From contig JBGQDD010000001.1 of assembly GCA_041495665.1 (NCBI GenBank), positions 1 to 35,534 of the forward strand: DNA of 35,534 nt, in the 5' to 3' direction. The notes beneath the pieces are model-generated. The model was not told where the DNA came from and ran no database searches. It saw nothing but the letters and a program-made list of their open reading frames with translations. The stretch comes from Candidatus Acidiferrum sp. Lineage in GTDB: Bacteria > Acidobacteriota > Terriglobia > Acidiferrales > UBA7541. Each line of letters begins with the position of its first letter. The first letter of the stretch is position 1. Of the stretch, positions 8,090 through 16,458 are shown piece by piece. The position numbers and the translations under genes are program-made.

Positions 8090-8878
8090 ATGCAAGAGAA
8101 CGGGGAAACTCTACAGGCGGGCCTTCGACTGAAGCAGTTGCGGGTGCGTCTGGGGCTTACCCTGCGTGCGGTTGAAGATCTCAGCCGCCGTCTCGCCGCA
8201 GAAAAACAGAATCAGGATTTTTTCATCTCGCGCGGATGGCTGAACAATGTTGAGAATGGCTCCAACACGCCGAGTCTTTTCAAGCTGTATTCGTTGGGGG
8301 CGATTTACCACACGCACTGGTCGAGTATCTTCTCCTTCTTCGGATTGAACCTCAGCGAATTTGGCCGGGACCAAGCGATGTTTGCGCCGCCCAAAACGCA
8401 GCTCGTTGTCGAGCCGGAGCCGAAGAATGACGATACTGTCGTTTTGCCTCTGCGATCACCCGAGAACATCAAACTCGACAAGACGAACCTTCTTTCACGC
8501 TTAGTGGAAATCTGGGGGGAGGTTCCGATCCGCATGCTCCAGCACCTGGACCTTCGGAAGAGCGTGTATGGGTTTATTGGCATGTCCGATTTCACGATGT
8601 TTCCAATTCTAAGGCCCGGCTCCATCGTACAGATTGACGGAAATCAGCGAAAGATTTCACCGGTGAAGTGGCAAAACGAACATGACCGCCCAATCTATTT
8701 CATCGAACTTCGCGGGGAGTTCCTTTGCAGTTGGTGCGAGGTCCGCGAAGGCCACTTACTGGCGGTGCCTTATCCGAATTCCATGTGTGAGATCCGGCGA
8801 TTTGTCTATCCGCGGGATGCGGAGATCGTTGGCCGCGTGACAGGCGTAGCCATGCGCCTCGCTGAATCGCAACCTTGA
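8090..8878 (+). CDS. XRE-family HTH regulator with degenerate S24/LexA-like C-terminal domain
   Basis: LKQLRVRLGLTLRAVE...ISRGWLNNVENGSNTPSL HTH, followed by DFTMFPILRPGSIVQID...FLCSWC...DAEIVGRVTGV. Confidence 0.8.
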   Translation: MQENGETLQAGLRLKQLRVRLGLTLRAVEDLSRRLAAEKQNQDFFISRGWLNNVENGSNTPSLFKLYSLGAIYHTHWSSIFSFFGLNLSEFGRDQAMFAPPKTQLVVEPEPKNDDTVVLPLRSPENIKLDKTNLLSRLVEIWGEVPIRMLQHLDLRKSVYGFIGMSDFTMFPILRPGSIVQIDGNQRKISPVKWQNEHDRPIYFIELRGEFLCSWCEVREGHLLAVPYPNSMCEIRRFVYPRDAEIVGRVTGVAMRLAESQP

Positions 8879-9016
8879 GCAGAGGCCGGCTCAAGATTCG
8901 GCGAGGCTTCAGGCCAGCATCGGGTACGCTCAGTGTTCCCTTGGAGAAAGGTGCCTGCGCATATATTCTGTTCGTGTCCCGGGATTGCGCAATCTTAAGA
9001 ACGAAAAGAGGCGACG

Positions 9017-9415
9017 ATGATTATTGGAGATCGTTTGCGGGAGTTGCGGGAAGGAAAGACTCTCTCACAAGGAGACATCGAGAAGAGAACCGGGCTGCTG
9101 CGATGCTACATATCGCGCGTCGAGAATGGCCACACGGTCCCTGCCATCGAGACCTTGGAGAAATTGGCGCGAGCTCTCGAAGTCCCGATGTACCAGCTGT
9201 TCTATGACGGCGAAGAGCCACCCAAGCTGCCGAACCTTCTGAAACGGAAGACGTCAGACGAGATGGTATGGGGGAGTTCGGGCAAACAAGCGGTGTACTT
9301 GCACAAACTCGTAAAGTGCCTGAGCAAAGCGACAGACTCGGACCGAAAGCTTTTGCTGTCCCTGGCCCAGAAGGTCGCAACAGGCCGTAACCGACGAACT
9401 TCGACCGCAGCATAG
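9017..9415 (+). CDS. XRE-family HTH transcriptional regulator
   Basis: IGDRLRELREGKTLSQGDIEKRTGLLRCYISRVENGHTVPAIETLEKLARALEV; GAGG SD upstream. Confidence 0.92.
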   Translation: MIIGDRLRELREGKTLSQGDIEKRTGLLRCYISRVENGHTVPAIETLEKLARALEVPMYQLFYDGEEPPKLPNLLKRKTSDEMVWGSSGKQAVYLHKLVKCLSKATDSDRKLLLSLAQKVATGRNRRTSTAA

Positions 9416-9421
9416 AATGAA

Positions 9422-9450
9422 AGCGGGCCGCGCCTGTGACGTGGCCCGCT
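9422..9450. terminator. Hairpin between the convergent XRE and parB-like genes
   Basis: AGCGGGCCGCG-N7-CGTGGCCCGCT, an 11-bp stem with one G-U pair. Confidence 0.6.
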
Positions 9451-9474
9451 CCAAACAGCGGACAGGTGTTGTTA

Positions 9475-11115
9475 TTACCGCTTCGCGGAAGCTACACGCT
9501 TCGGCAGATTCTTCCCGGATTTTTCCTTCTTCGAAAGCTCGGTCCATACTTCCGCCGCGAGTTTCGCGGTGTCAATTTTGTAGCGGATGGCTGTGCGAGC
9601 GAGGTTGGAGTCTTTCGCAAGTGCCTGCCGAGGGTTGTATCCCGGGCAGTACAGGTCGGACACGAGCGCGCAAACGACGAGGAAGTGCTGGACTCCCTGC
9701 CTAGTCATTTCACGCACGGCCTTTCCGGCGATGGTCTGGTAGTCCACGGTGCCGCCGCCCCACGAGGCTTTGGTCTTTTTCTTATCCCATCCGTACACGC
9801 GGCAGAGGCGGCGGTGATTGTCATGGCCAAGCCGCTCGAAATAGTCGAGCGCGGCCATGTCGAGGTCCGGGCGCGACAGCGTCGCCGGGAGTTTCTTGCG
9901 GATGGCGTTTAGAGTACGAGCGCGTGTCAGTTTTTCGATGCGTTCTGCCAGGACTTCCTTCGCCCGTGCCGCTCGTTCCTGCGGCGTGGGCTGGTAGCGT
10001 GTGACGCGAGCGTGGACTGCGCAGTTTTCATCGCGGCACACATGGAAGAGTTTCCCCGCATCCGGGCCGTCGATCACAACGGCGGGTTTGGTCTGCGGGC
10101 ACTCCGCCTTTTTCTGCGCTTTGCGATATTGCCCTTCGTAGAGGACGTCCGGTTTCCGGCTCTTGTCCTGCCACGCCGGGGCTTGCGAAACGCGGAGTGG
10201 TTTCTCGCCTGACTTTTCCAGCGGCTTCACGCGAATCTGCACGAGCGCCTCGACCTTGGCGCGATAGCATTGGCGGTCGGTACAGATGGATTTCTGCCGC
10301 ACTTCGGGAAAGAGGAGAGGATTGTTCCCCGTCCGTTTTGGGCAGCGTGCGCAACTTCCTGCTGGAGGAAGTAGGCTTTCGTCCTGCGGGTCAAATGGCG
10401 CGTTCGTAAGGTCCAGATGAATTTCCCGCTGAATCCACTCGCGGAGTTCCCGTACGGTGACCGCTTCGGCTTTGTGGTCTTTGGCAATGGCCGCCGCTGT
10501 CCGGTGATGCGGAAAGCATTCCTGCAGAGCGCGGCGCTGGTCGTTGGACTGGAGACGCGCGATTTCAAACGCATGCGCGACGGTCAGCTTCGCGGCGTAG
10601 AAAGCCTGCTGCACTTCCTCGACAAGATGGGTCAGACGCAGACGGGCATAGACGTATTTTTCAGACCGTCCGATTTTCTCGGCGAGAACTTCGACGGTAT
10701 AGGTTTCCGGTTGCAGTTGCATCAGGGCCGCGTAGCCCCGCGCCTCGTCGAGTTCGTGCACGTCGGCGCGTTGTAGGTTCTCGATGAGTTGCAGTTCGAG
10801 GCATTGCGTGTCGGTGAGTTCGCGGACGCTCGCGGGAATGGTTTCCCGCTCTGCCATTCGAGAGGCACGGTAGCGCCGCGCTCCGGCGACGAGTTCAAAA
10901 AAGCCATCCTCGCCGCCCGGCAAAGGGCGGACGAGAACGGGCTGCAGGACGCCGTGCTGGCGGATGTTGTCCGCCAGTTCGGCGAGCTTGGTCTCGTCAA
11001 ACTGGCGTCTTGGATTCGTCCTCGATTCGTGAATGTTTGTGAGCGGTATGTCCTGTACTGAGGACACACCCTGCGGGACTATTTTGTTTGCGTTCACTGC
11101 GACTGCGGTATTCAT
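9475..11115 (-). CDS. ParB/RepB/Spo0J-family protein of mobile-element type, with Cys-rich C-terminal extension
   Basis: NPRRQFDE...GVLQPVLVR...LVAGARRYRA...LQLIENLQRADV; HTH LAEKIGRSEKYVYARLRL; CARC...CTDRQC and CPQ...CRDENC motifs. Confidence 0.9.
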   Translation of the reverse strand: MNTAVAVNANKIVPQGVSSVQDIPLTNIHESRTNPRRQFDETKLAELADNIRQHGVLQPVLVRPLPGGEDGFFELVAGARRYRASRMAERETIPASVRELTDTQCLELQLIENLQRADVHELDEARGYAALMQLQPETYTVEVLAEKIGRSEKYVYARLRLTHLVEEVQQAFYAAKLTVAHAFEIARLQSNDQRRALQECFPHHRTAAAIAKDHKAEAVTVRELREWIQREIHLDLTNAPFDPQDESLLPPAGSCARCPKRTGNNPLLFPEVRQKSICTDRQCYRAKVEALVQIRVKPLEKSGEKPLRVSQAPAWQDKSRKPDVLYEGQYRKAQKKAECPQTKPAVVIDGPDAGKLFHVCRDENCAVHARVTRYQPTPQERAARAKEVLAERIEKLTRARTLNAIRKKLPATLSRPDLDMAALDYFERLGHDNHRRLCRVYGWDKKKTKASWGGGTVDYQTIAGKAVREMTRQGVQHFLVVCALVSDLYCPGYNPRQALAKDSNLARTAIRYKIDTAKLAAEVWTELSKKEKSGKNLPKRVASAKR

Positions 11116-11148
11116 TTTCGATTTCTCCTTTTTCTATCTTTTTTCGAA

Positions 11149-11439
11149 TCAATACTCATCGGGAAGCAGAAGGGTGGTGTGGGAGCGGTTGGCTTCAGTG
11201 ATGATCCAGATTTTGTCGTTGGCGGTGGTGCGGTAGCTGCTCATGAGCCGGAAGCCCTTCTCCAAGCTGAGCTGGTTTTCGGCCTTGTCTTCTTCGGGAA
11301 GGTTGCCCCAATCGCCCGTCACATGGCGTGAGAGAAACTCCATGGGTGTCTGTCCGGATTTTTCGAGTGCGGCCAGCGCACCGGGTGTAGCGACGAGCTG
11401 GCCCAGGTCAAACAACGGTTTTCGTTCTGTCTTTTGCAT
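11149..11439 (-). CDS. Small conserved plasmid/ICE-associated hypothetical protein (96 aa)
   Basis: LFDLGQLVATPGA...RHVTGDWG...IWIITEANRSHTTLLLPDEY pattern; AAGGAG SD before ATG 11439. Confidence 0.8.
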   Translation of the reverse strand: MQKTERKPLFDLGQLVATPGALAALEKSGQTPMEFLSRHVTGDWGNLPEEDKAENQLSLEKGFRLMSSYRTTANDKIWIITEANRSHTTLLLPDEY

Positions 11440-11536
11440 TTCTGAAATCTCCTTCTTGTGGATTTGGCTTTTGCTTTCCAAGAGGCGCGGCGGTGAGCCG
11501 CGCATGAAAAGCAAATGCCCTTCATGGCGGGGGAAG

Positions 11537-11629
11537 GCGCCTGTCCGTCCGCGCTGTCAAGGCCGCGGGGTGGGCGTTCATCGGAGCGAAGCGCAGAGCC
11601 TTGACAGAAGAAACGGACGGACCAGGCGC
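11537..11629. promoter_or_regulatory. Long imperfect hairpin with TTGACA in the stem (Frpo/ssi-like ssDNA element)
   Basis: Nested inverted repeats GCGCCTG/CAGGCGC, TCCGTCCG/CGGACGGA and CTGTCAAGGC/GCCTTGACAG, upstream of the small protein-parB operon. Confidence 0.6.
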
Positions 11630-11825
11630 AGGGTTTGGCCAGGAAGGGCAATTGCACAGAATCTGCCGAAACGGACACCACGGCTGTTGCGTTCTTACAG
11701 CCTTTGGACTCGGTGGCAATGATTCCGCAAGCAGCGTTTGCAGAATTGAGTGGGACGAGTGAAGTGTCTATTGTCGATGCAATGCGGCCTGAATCGGGGT
11801 AGCGGTGACGTTTGGTTCGTGCGGG

Positions 11826-12416
11826 CTAGGAGCGAGAGAATCTGAGGAGCGGCTCGAAGTTACCTTGGTCGGCGGCGCGCAGAGCGGCGAGATAGGCTTC
11901 CCGCGCTTCCCCGGGGACGATGATGTCCTTGCTGCCCCACGGAAAAACCTGGCGTCCGTTTTTCACCGCGATGATGTCAGCGATCAGGCGCGCATGTCTG
12001 CCGTTTCCGTTGGGAAACGCGTGAATGACCACCAGCTCATAGTGAAAGCGGACAGCACACTCATCCACGTCGTATGTCTTGTTCTTCAGCCAGTACGCGG
12101 CATTGCCCAGGAGCTGCGCGAGCCTCTCGTGAATGTCAGCCACCGGGACGCCGAGATTTTTTTCCGTCTTGCGATACGTGCCCGCCCACTTCCACGTTTG
12201 GTCGAACATGCGCCGGTGGAGTTCCCGCACGTAGTCTTCTTGGATTGGTTCCGACCGTGCTAACTGGCGGTCTGCAAGCGCCCATTGCCGGGCTCTCAGG
12301 ATGTTATCGCGCTCCCATTCGTTCAGTTCTTCGCGAGTGGCCAAACTGGGAATGAGATCGGCCTGCTCCTCGGGACTGAGAGGAGTATTGGCAGCGGGAG
12401 GTGGGTCGTGAGGCAT
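11826..12416 (-). CDS. Mobile mystery protein B (Fic domain)
   Basis: TPLSPEEQADLIP...ELNEWERDNI, WKWAGTYRKT and Fic motif HAFPNGNGRHAR; paired with an HTH gene. Confidence 0.9.
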   Translation of the reverse strand: MPHDPPPAANTPLSPEEQADLIPSLATREELNEWERDNILRARQWALADRQLARSEPIQEDYVRELHRRMFDQTWKWAGTYRKTEKNLGVPVADIHERLAQLLGNAAYWLKNKTYDVDECAVRFHYELVVIHAFPNGNGRHARLIADIIAVKNGRQVFPWGSKDIIVPGEAREAYLAALRAADQGNFEPLLRFSRS

Positions 12417-12429
12417 GTGAAGGTTCTTC

Positions 12430-12870
12430 TTAACGCTTCTTCAACAAGCGCTTGGTCTCGCGATTGATCTTGTCCTGGAGTCCATACGCGGCCTGGTCTT
12501 CCAGTGCCATCGTGTGTTCGACCGCGCGCACATCCCTCTCGGCCGTGTGGCGAGCCCGCTTTTCGGCCAGTTGTCTAAGCGATCCGGCCTTGGGCACGAT
12601 GGCATACACGAGCTCGCAGTCCATCGTTTCGGCATAGTGCTGCAGAGTTTGTAGGGTGATCCGATTGGCGGCCTCGGACTTTTCGAACGAGGCTACCGTT
12701 TGGGGAGTCTTGTGCATTTTGCGCGCGACTTCGCGCATACTGATGCCAAGGGCTTCCCGAACGGAGCGGAGCCAGCCGCGTCGCGGCCGGGTGACGGCCG
12801 CAGTTCCTGCGAATGGTTCCAGGCTGCGATCGATTTGATGGAGCCGCAAGTCGCGAAACTCGGAGTTCAT
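12430..12870 (-). CDS. Mobile mystery protein A (XRE HTH)
   Basis: PRRGWLRSVREALGIS...ITLQTL...MDCELVYAIVP...VEHTMALEDQ. Confidence 0.9.
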   Translation of the reverse strand: MNSEFRDLRLHQIDRSLEPFAGTAAVTRPRRGWLRSVREALGISMREVARKMHKTPQTVASFEKSEAANRITLQTLQHYAETMDCELVYAIVPKAGSLRQLAEKRARHTAERDVRAVEHTMALEDQAAYGLQDKINRETKRLLKKR

Positions 12871-12915
12871 AACCCGTTCCCCCTCTACGAGTATAACCTG
12901 TCATGACCCTCAATG

Positions 12916-12965
12916 AAACAGCGTATATACTGATGTACGTAACAACAAAACAGCGTATATACTGA
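12916..12965. repeat. Perfect 18-bp direct repeat (x2) upstream of mobile mystery protein A; candidate operator
   Basis: AAACAGCGTATATACTGA at 12916-12933 and 12948-12965 (32-bp period), each with palindromic core GTATATAC. Confidence 0.75.
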
Positions 12966-13032
12966 CGACGGCATCGCGGTCGCAATCATAGAGCATTCCG
13001 TTCCGGCCATCTGACCAATAAGACGGAGCAGG

Positions 13033-13113
13033 GAGATTATTGCTCCCGGATTGTTCCGGGCGAGCGACGCGTCGAGCTTTGTTAGCGGGCAAGAACTTGT
13101 CGTTGAGGGGGCC
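13033..13113 (+). pseudogene. Remnant of the C-terminus of an SDR-family oxidoreductase
   Basis: LFRASDASSFVSGQELVVEG resembles the SDR tail LFLASDxSSxxTGxxLxVDGG; no N-terminal part is present. Confidence 0.55.
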
Positions 13114-13886
13114 AACGGTGGCGGCTGGAAGTGGACGGAGATGCTCAACCTTTGGGACGAGGCAAGGCGGCGGATTACAGCGTCCGGAGCAGCGGGGCAA
13201 GTCTTCGGAAGAAACAACTGCCGGACCGGTGCAAATCTGAGATGAGTTCTGGTTTGTGGCGAGGCTAGGCTATTAGACCTTTCGGTTCACTACCGAAAGA
13301 TTTGCCAGGTCAAATCGCGTCCGCTGCCTGAGGAGTCGATCAGTTAGAGACTTCCAGATGACTCGGTCGGCGTCCAACAATTGTTGCCGCGAATCACCAA
13401 AGTCACTTTCTGCAGCCGCGCTAGGATGAGGAAGTAGGAGGTTTCCGCGGCCGCATGCAAAACGAGGTTCCTAAATGATAAAAGTACGCCTAATACTTTC
13501 GAAGAAATAAAACTATGACTGCTCAGCTAGATAGGACGTGAAGTCGCTGGGGAAAGGGCCGAAACATGGAAGAGGACTACTGCAGCGGTCTCAGGTGCTA
13601 TCCGATACATTCGCACTGTTGCTGGTGCGTCGTAGACCCAATAGGCTGTCAGCCCTCGCACTCTCTTTTCCCTCCTTTCCTGATTTCAGGGAAGCCATTG
13701 CAGAGGATCAAGTATTTAGTTAAGCTTTTGCCAAAATGAAGCAACATACCTTGGATTTACAATATCCTTTCCGTGCAACATCCGACCCGATGCATGAGAT
13801 GTTGGTACTTACGATGCCCTGATCATCAAATCCGCGGGCCATGCGTCATGTTGGCTCGTGAATGAGTGCACTCAAGAGGATTGGCC

Positions 13887-14068
13887 ATGCTGAAGAAAAC
13901 GGCGCGACACATAATTGTGGTTGCCCTAATCCTATTGGTAGTTGTCCTGTGGATACGAAACCGGGACAGCACGCAAAAAATAGGGACTATCACAATCGGG
14001 GCAATTCTCCCCATGACAGGAAGCGCCGCCAACTATGGCGAACTCATGAGTAGAGGAATCACCATGGC
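13887..14068 (+). pseudogene. 5' fragment of a branched-chain amino acid ABC substrate-binding protein (LivJ/LivK-like)
   Basis: GAGGA SD, N-terminal TM/signal segment, then ITIGAILPMTGSAANYGELMSRGITMA; runs into antisense abiEii sequence. Confidence 0.7.
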
Positions 14069-14623
14069 TTCGAACTTTTCAGCGAGGACCGTCTCCCGGG
14101 GATAGGTCAGCAACCGGGGACCGGGAAAATCCAGCAGCGTGGGATAGGCGCCCTCGACTGGCTCGGGAGTGATGGCATCGCCGAAACCGATGTCGATTTG
14201 AATCGGGATCTTCGCCCGGTCGAGATATGCGGTGAGGGTCAGGCGGACGCCTTCGTAGTCCGCATCTTCGGTGATGCGCTCGGCGGCAACGGTGTCGCTA
14301 TCGAAGCGGAGGCCATCGGGTTCTACGTCCATCGCACAGATTTCCCGGAAGATTTGAACGAAGCGGTTCGGGGAGTTGTCCCCGCGGGCGAGAAAGTCGG
14401 CATCCCGGGTAGGGCGGTATCGCTGTTCGGTCCAAAGTTCAAACAGAAGCGCGCCCTTTAAGAGGAAAACGTCCCGATGCGGAGAGCGGCTGAGACGGAA
14501 GAGTATCCGCTCGAGACCGTATTTGACGAGGATCAAGCCGAAATCCGCGTCGCGCTCGCGGGCGAGATTGCGCAGTTTCTGGCGGACAGAGGCGGGAATG
14601 TTTTTCGGAGATGGGTTGGCCAA
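14033..14623 (-). pseudogene. abiEii: AbiEii-family nucleotidyltransferase toxin, C-terminally truncated
   Basis: YGLERILFRL, FLLKGALLF, RPTRDADFL, IQIDIGFGD and YPRETVLAEKFEAMV, then an abrupt end that lacks the downstream R-x-KD-x-YD motif. TTG start. Confidence 0.8.
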
Positions 14624-15223
14624 TTAGAGCGACTCCAGATAGGGACGCATGACGTTGGCGACGCGGCATACTTGGGCAGCGGCCCAGAGTTCGTCCATCG
14701 TTGCTTTCTTGGTACGTCGGGATTCCTTGAGCGCTTCGATGGCGACGTCGAGGCCAATCTTATTCCGGAACTTGAAACAGTCGGCAACGGTTTTTGCTGG
14801 ACTGAACACGCGGAGAGCAGCGCCGGAAAACGTGTATTCCTTCACCCCGTAGTGAAGGGCTGGTCCGGACATGCGCACGAGGCGAATCGGTGGAGCGGAA
14901 ACTTTGGGAGCCCAGGCCTTTTGGCCGATGGCCATCCAAACCTCGTGCGGAGACTGGGTGGTGAAGTTGTGAAAGCGGAGGGCGGAGAGCAGACAGACGA
15001 CTCCCTTGGGAACTCGATAGGCAGCCTCGATGAGCGTGAGATGCTCAGTACCCGAGAAGTCCGGGGAGGTATAGAGGCCGCGGCCGACTTTTTCGAGGAC
15101 GCCTTTGCGAACCAGGCGCGTGAAATAGTTTCGCGGAATGCCCAGGGCACTGGCATCTTTGGTGCGCACGATCTGGCGCTTCTTCGCAAGCTGAAGGAGC
15201 TTGTCGGTCTTAGGACTTGGCAT
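14624..15223 (-). CDS. abiEi: AbiEi-family type IV TA antitoxin / transcriptional regulator
   Basis: N-terminal wHTH (LEKVGRGLY), GVVCLLSALRFH and AKTVADCFKFRNKIGLDVAIEALK; abuts abiEii. Confidence 0.9.
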   Translation of the reverse strand: MPSPKTDKLLQLAKKRQIVRTKDASALGIPRNYFTRLVRKGVLEKVGRGLYTSPDFSGTEHLTLIEAAYRVPKGVVCLLSALRFHNFTTQSPHEVWMAIGQKAWAPKVSAPPIRLVRMSGPALHYGVKEYTFSGAALRVFSPAKTVADCFKFRNKIGLDVAIEALKESRRTKKATMDELWAAAQVCRVANVMRPYLESL

Positions 15224-15238
15224 ACAACATCCAACGGC

Positions 15239-15277
15239 AGTGTACCAAACTCTAGGTAGATGTCAATAAATACCTAG
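15239..15277 (-). promoter_or_regulatory. Sigma70 promoter of abiE with overlapping inverted repeat
   Basis: TTGACA (15266-15261)-16 nt-TACACT (15244-15239) with TGn extension; CTAGGTA-N12-TACCTAG (15252-15277) straddles the -35. Confidence 0.65.
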
Positions 15278-15402
15278 CATATGTAACATTGGAATTCGTG
15301 GCAGCAACAAAATACAGACTCTAGCGGCGGTCCAAACGGAAAACGGACTTAGGACGCTGAGAGGACGGCGCCACGGAGAGACGAGTGCTGGAGCTAAGAC
15401 GC

Positions 15403-15431
15403 TTGACTATTATTAGAAATAGAATTAGATT
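15403..15431 (+). promoter_or_regulatory. Sigma70-like promoter for the 3-gene cargo operon
   Basis: TTGACT-17 nt AT-rich spacer-TAGATT, 70 nt upstream of ATG 15502. Confidence 0.55.
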
Positions 15432-15501
15432 ACCTGCAAAGTAACCGGATACAATGCACGCTGCACTGGACGCTTCGATACCGTAGGGTGGACCGCCATT
15501 C

Positions 15502-16458
15502 ATGACAGCCGATTCAAGTTCGACTGGCGCCGTAATCCCAAAGACGTTTGTGTCTAATTTCTGTGCTTTCGTGTTCTTGGGCGCATCGGTACTTGGATGG
15601 TGCTATCGCTACACCGGCTGGATTGAGATTGTGGGCGGGTTTCTCTCCTTGGCAGGGATCCTATCCTGGCTTGCGTTCGTGCTGAAAGTCATTCCTGAGA
15701 AGCGCATGGAAGAGTTTCAGACGTGGGCGGACGGGAGAATCTTCAACAACGGGCGCGTCAAGTGGTTTGTGCTGGGCTTGTTGGTGATTGGCTTAGTTGG
15801 CGCCAGTTTTCTGGGCACGGTGGAAGTGACCTGGATGGCAGGCGAAGGGAACCGTTCAGTATGGATCCACAAAGTGGGGAAATCGGAGGGGGAAGCGGTT
15901 CCGTTGATGCCGGGCGGAGTGGTGCGCAGCCTGTTCTTGACGTTCTGGACGGAGCCGACGAGAGTGCGAGTGAAGGTGAACGGTTTTCCGGACCGTACCG
16001 CCGAGATCAGCCCGTGGCAACGGTATGAACTGAAAGTCGCTGATTCGTTCTACCGCCCGGTTGTGGTGTTCCGGCCCACGGTGGAATTGTTGAACATGTT
16101 GCGGAACGAACCGATGAGTCTCTCCGTAAAGGTTGACTCGCAGTCTTGGATGATTTCCCAATATGACGGGCGGTCTCTGTGGATTGGGTGTGACGCGGAC
16201 GTGGAAGTCCCCGAGGCGAAGCGGGAGGTTTGGCGCGCAATCCTGACTGCAGCGGGCCAGGCCGAGACGTCGCACTACTGGGTGCACCCGCTGACGTTGA
16301 CCGGGCCGATTCCGGACTTGCATCCGGGACAAATGATTGAAGTGGCGCTGCTGCGTGATGACCGCAGCGCCTATACGTCGCGGAAATTCAGTGTGTTGCC
16401 GGCTCCGGACCGGCAGGCGTTTCCGCAAGAGGAGAACCTCGATGTGCCAAAACACTAG
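15502..16458 (+). CDS. Hypothetical membrane protein (about 3 N-terminal TM segments plus a soluble beta-rich domain)
   Basis: 318-aa ORF with hydrophobic stretches in the first 105 aa; overlaps the next gene. Confidence 0.7.
   Translation: MTADSSSTGAVIPKTFVSNFCAFVFLGASVLGWCYRYTGWIEIVGGFLSLAGILSWLAFVLKVIPEKRMEEFQTWADGRIFNNGRVKWFVLGLLVIGLVGASFLGTVEVTWMAGEGNRSVWIHKVGKSEGEAVPLMPGGVVRSLFLTFWTEPTRVRVKVNGFPDRTAEISPWQRYELKVADSFYRPVVVFRPTVELLNMLRNEPMSLSVKVDSQSWMISQYDGRSLWIGCDADVEVPEAKREVWRAILTAAGQAETSHYWVHPLTLTGPIPDLHPGQMIEVALLRDDRSAYTSRKFSVLPAPDRQAFPQEENLDVPKH

Noticed and set aside
12916-12965. CRISPR array or iterons
   Set aside because: Only two 18-bp copies with a 14-bp spacer, and no cas or rep gene.
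14477-15259. 260-aa plus-strand ORF, and similar long antisense ORFs such as 22959-23753 (alternate frame) and 28643-29314
   Set aside because: They overlap well-supported genes and have no motifs, as expected in GC-rich DNA.
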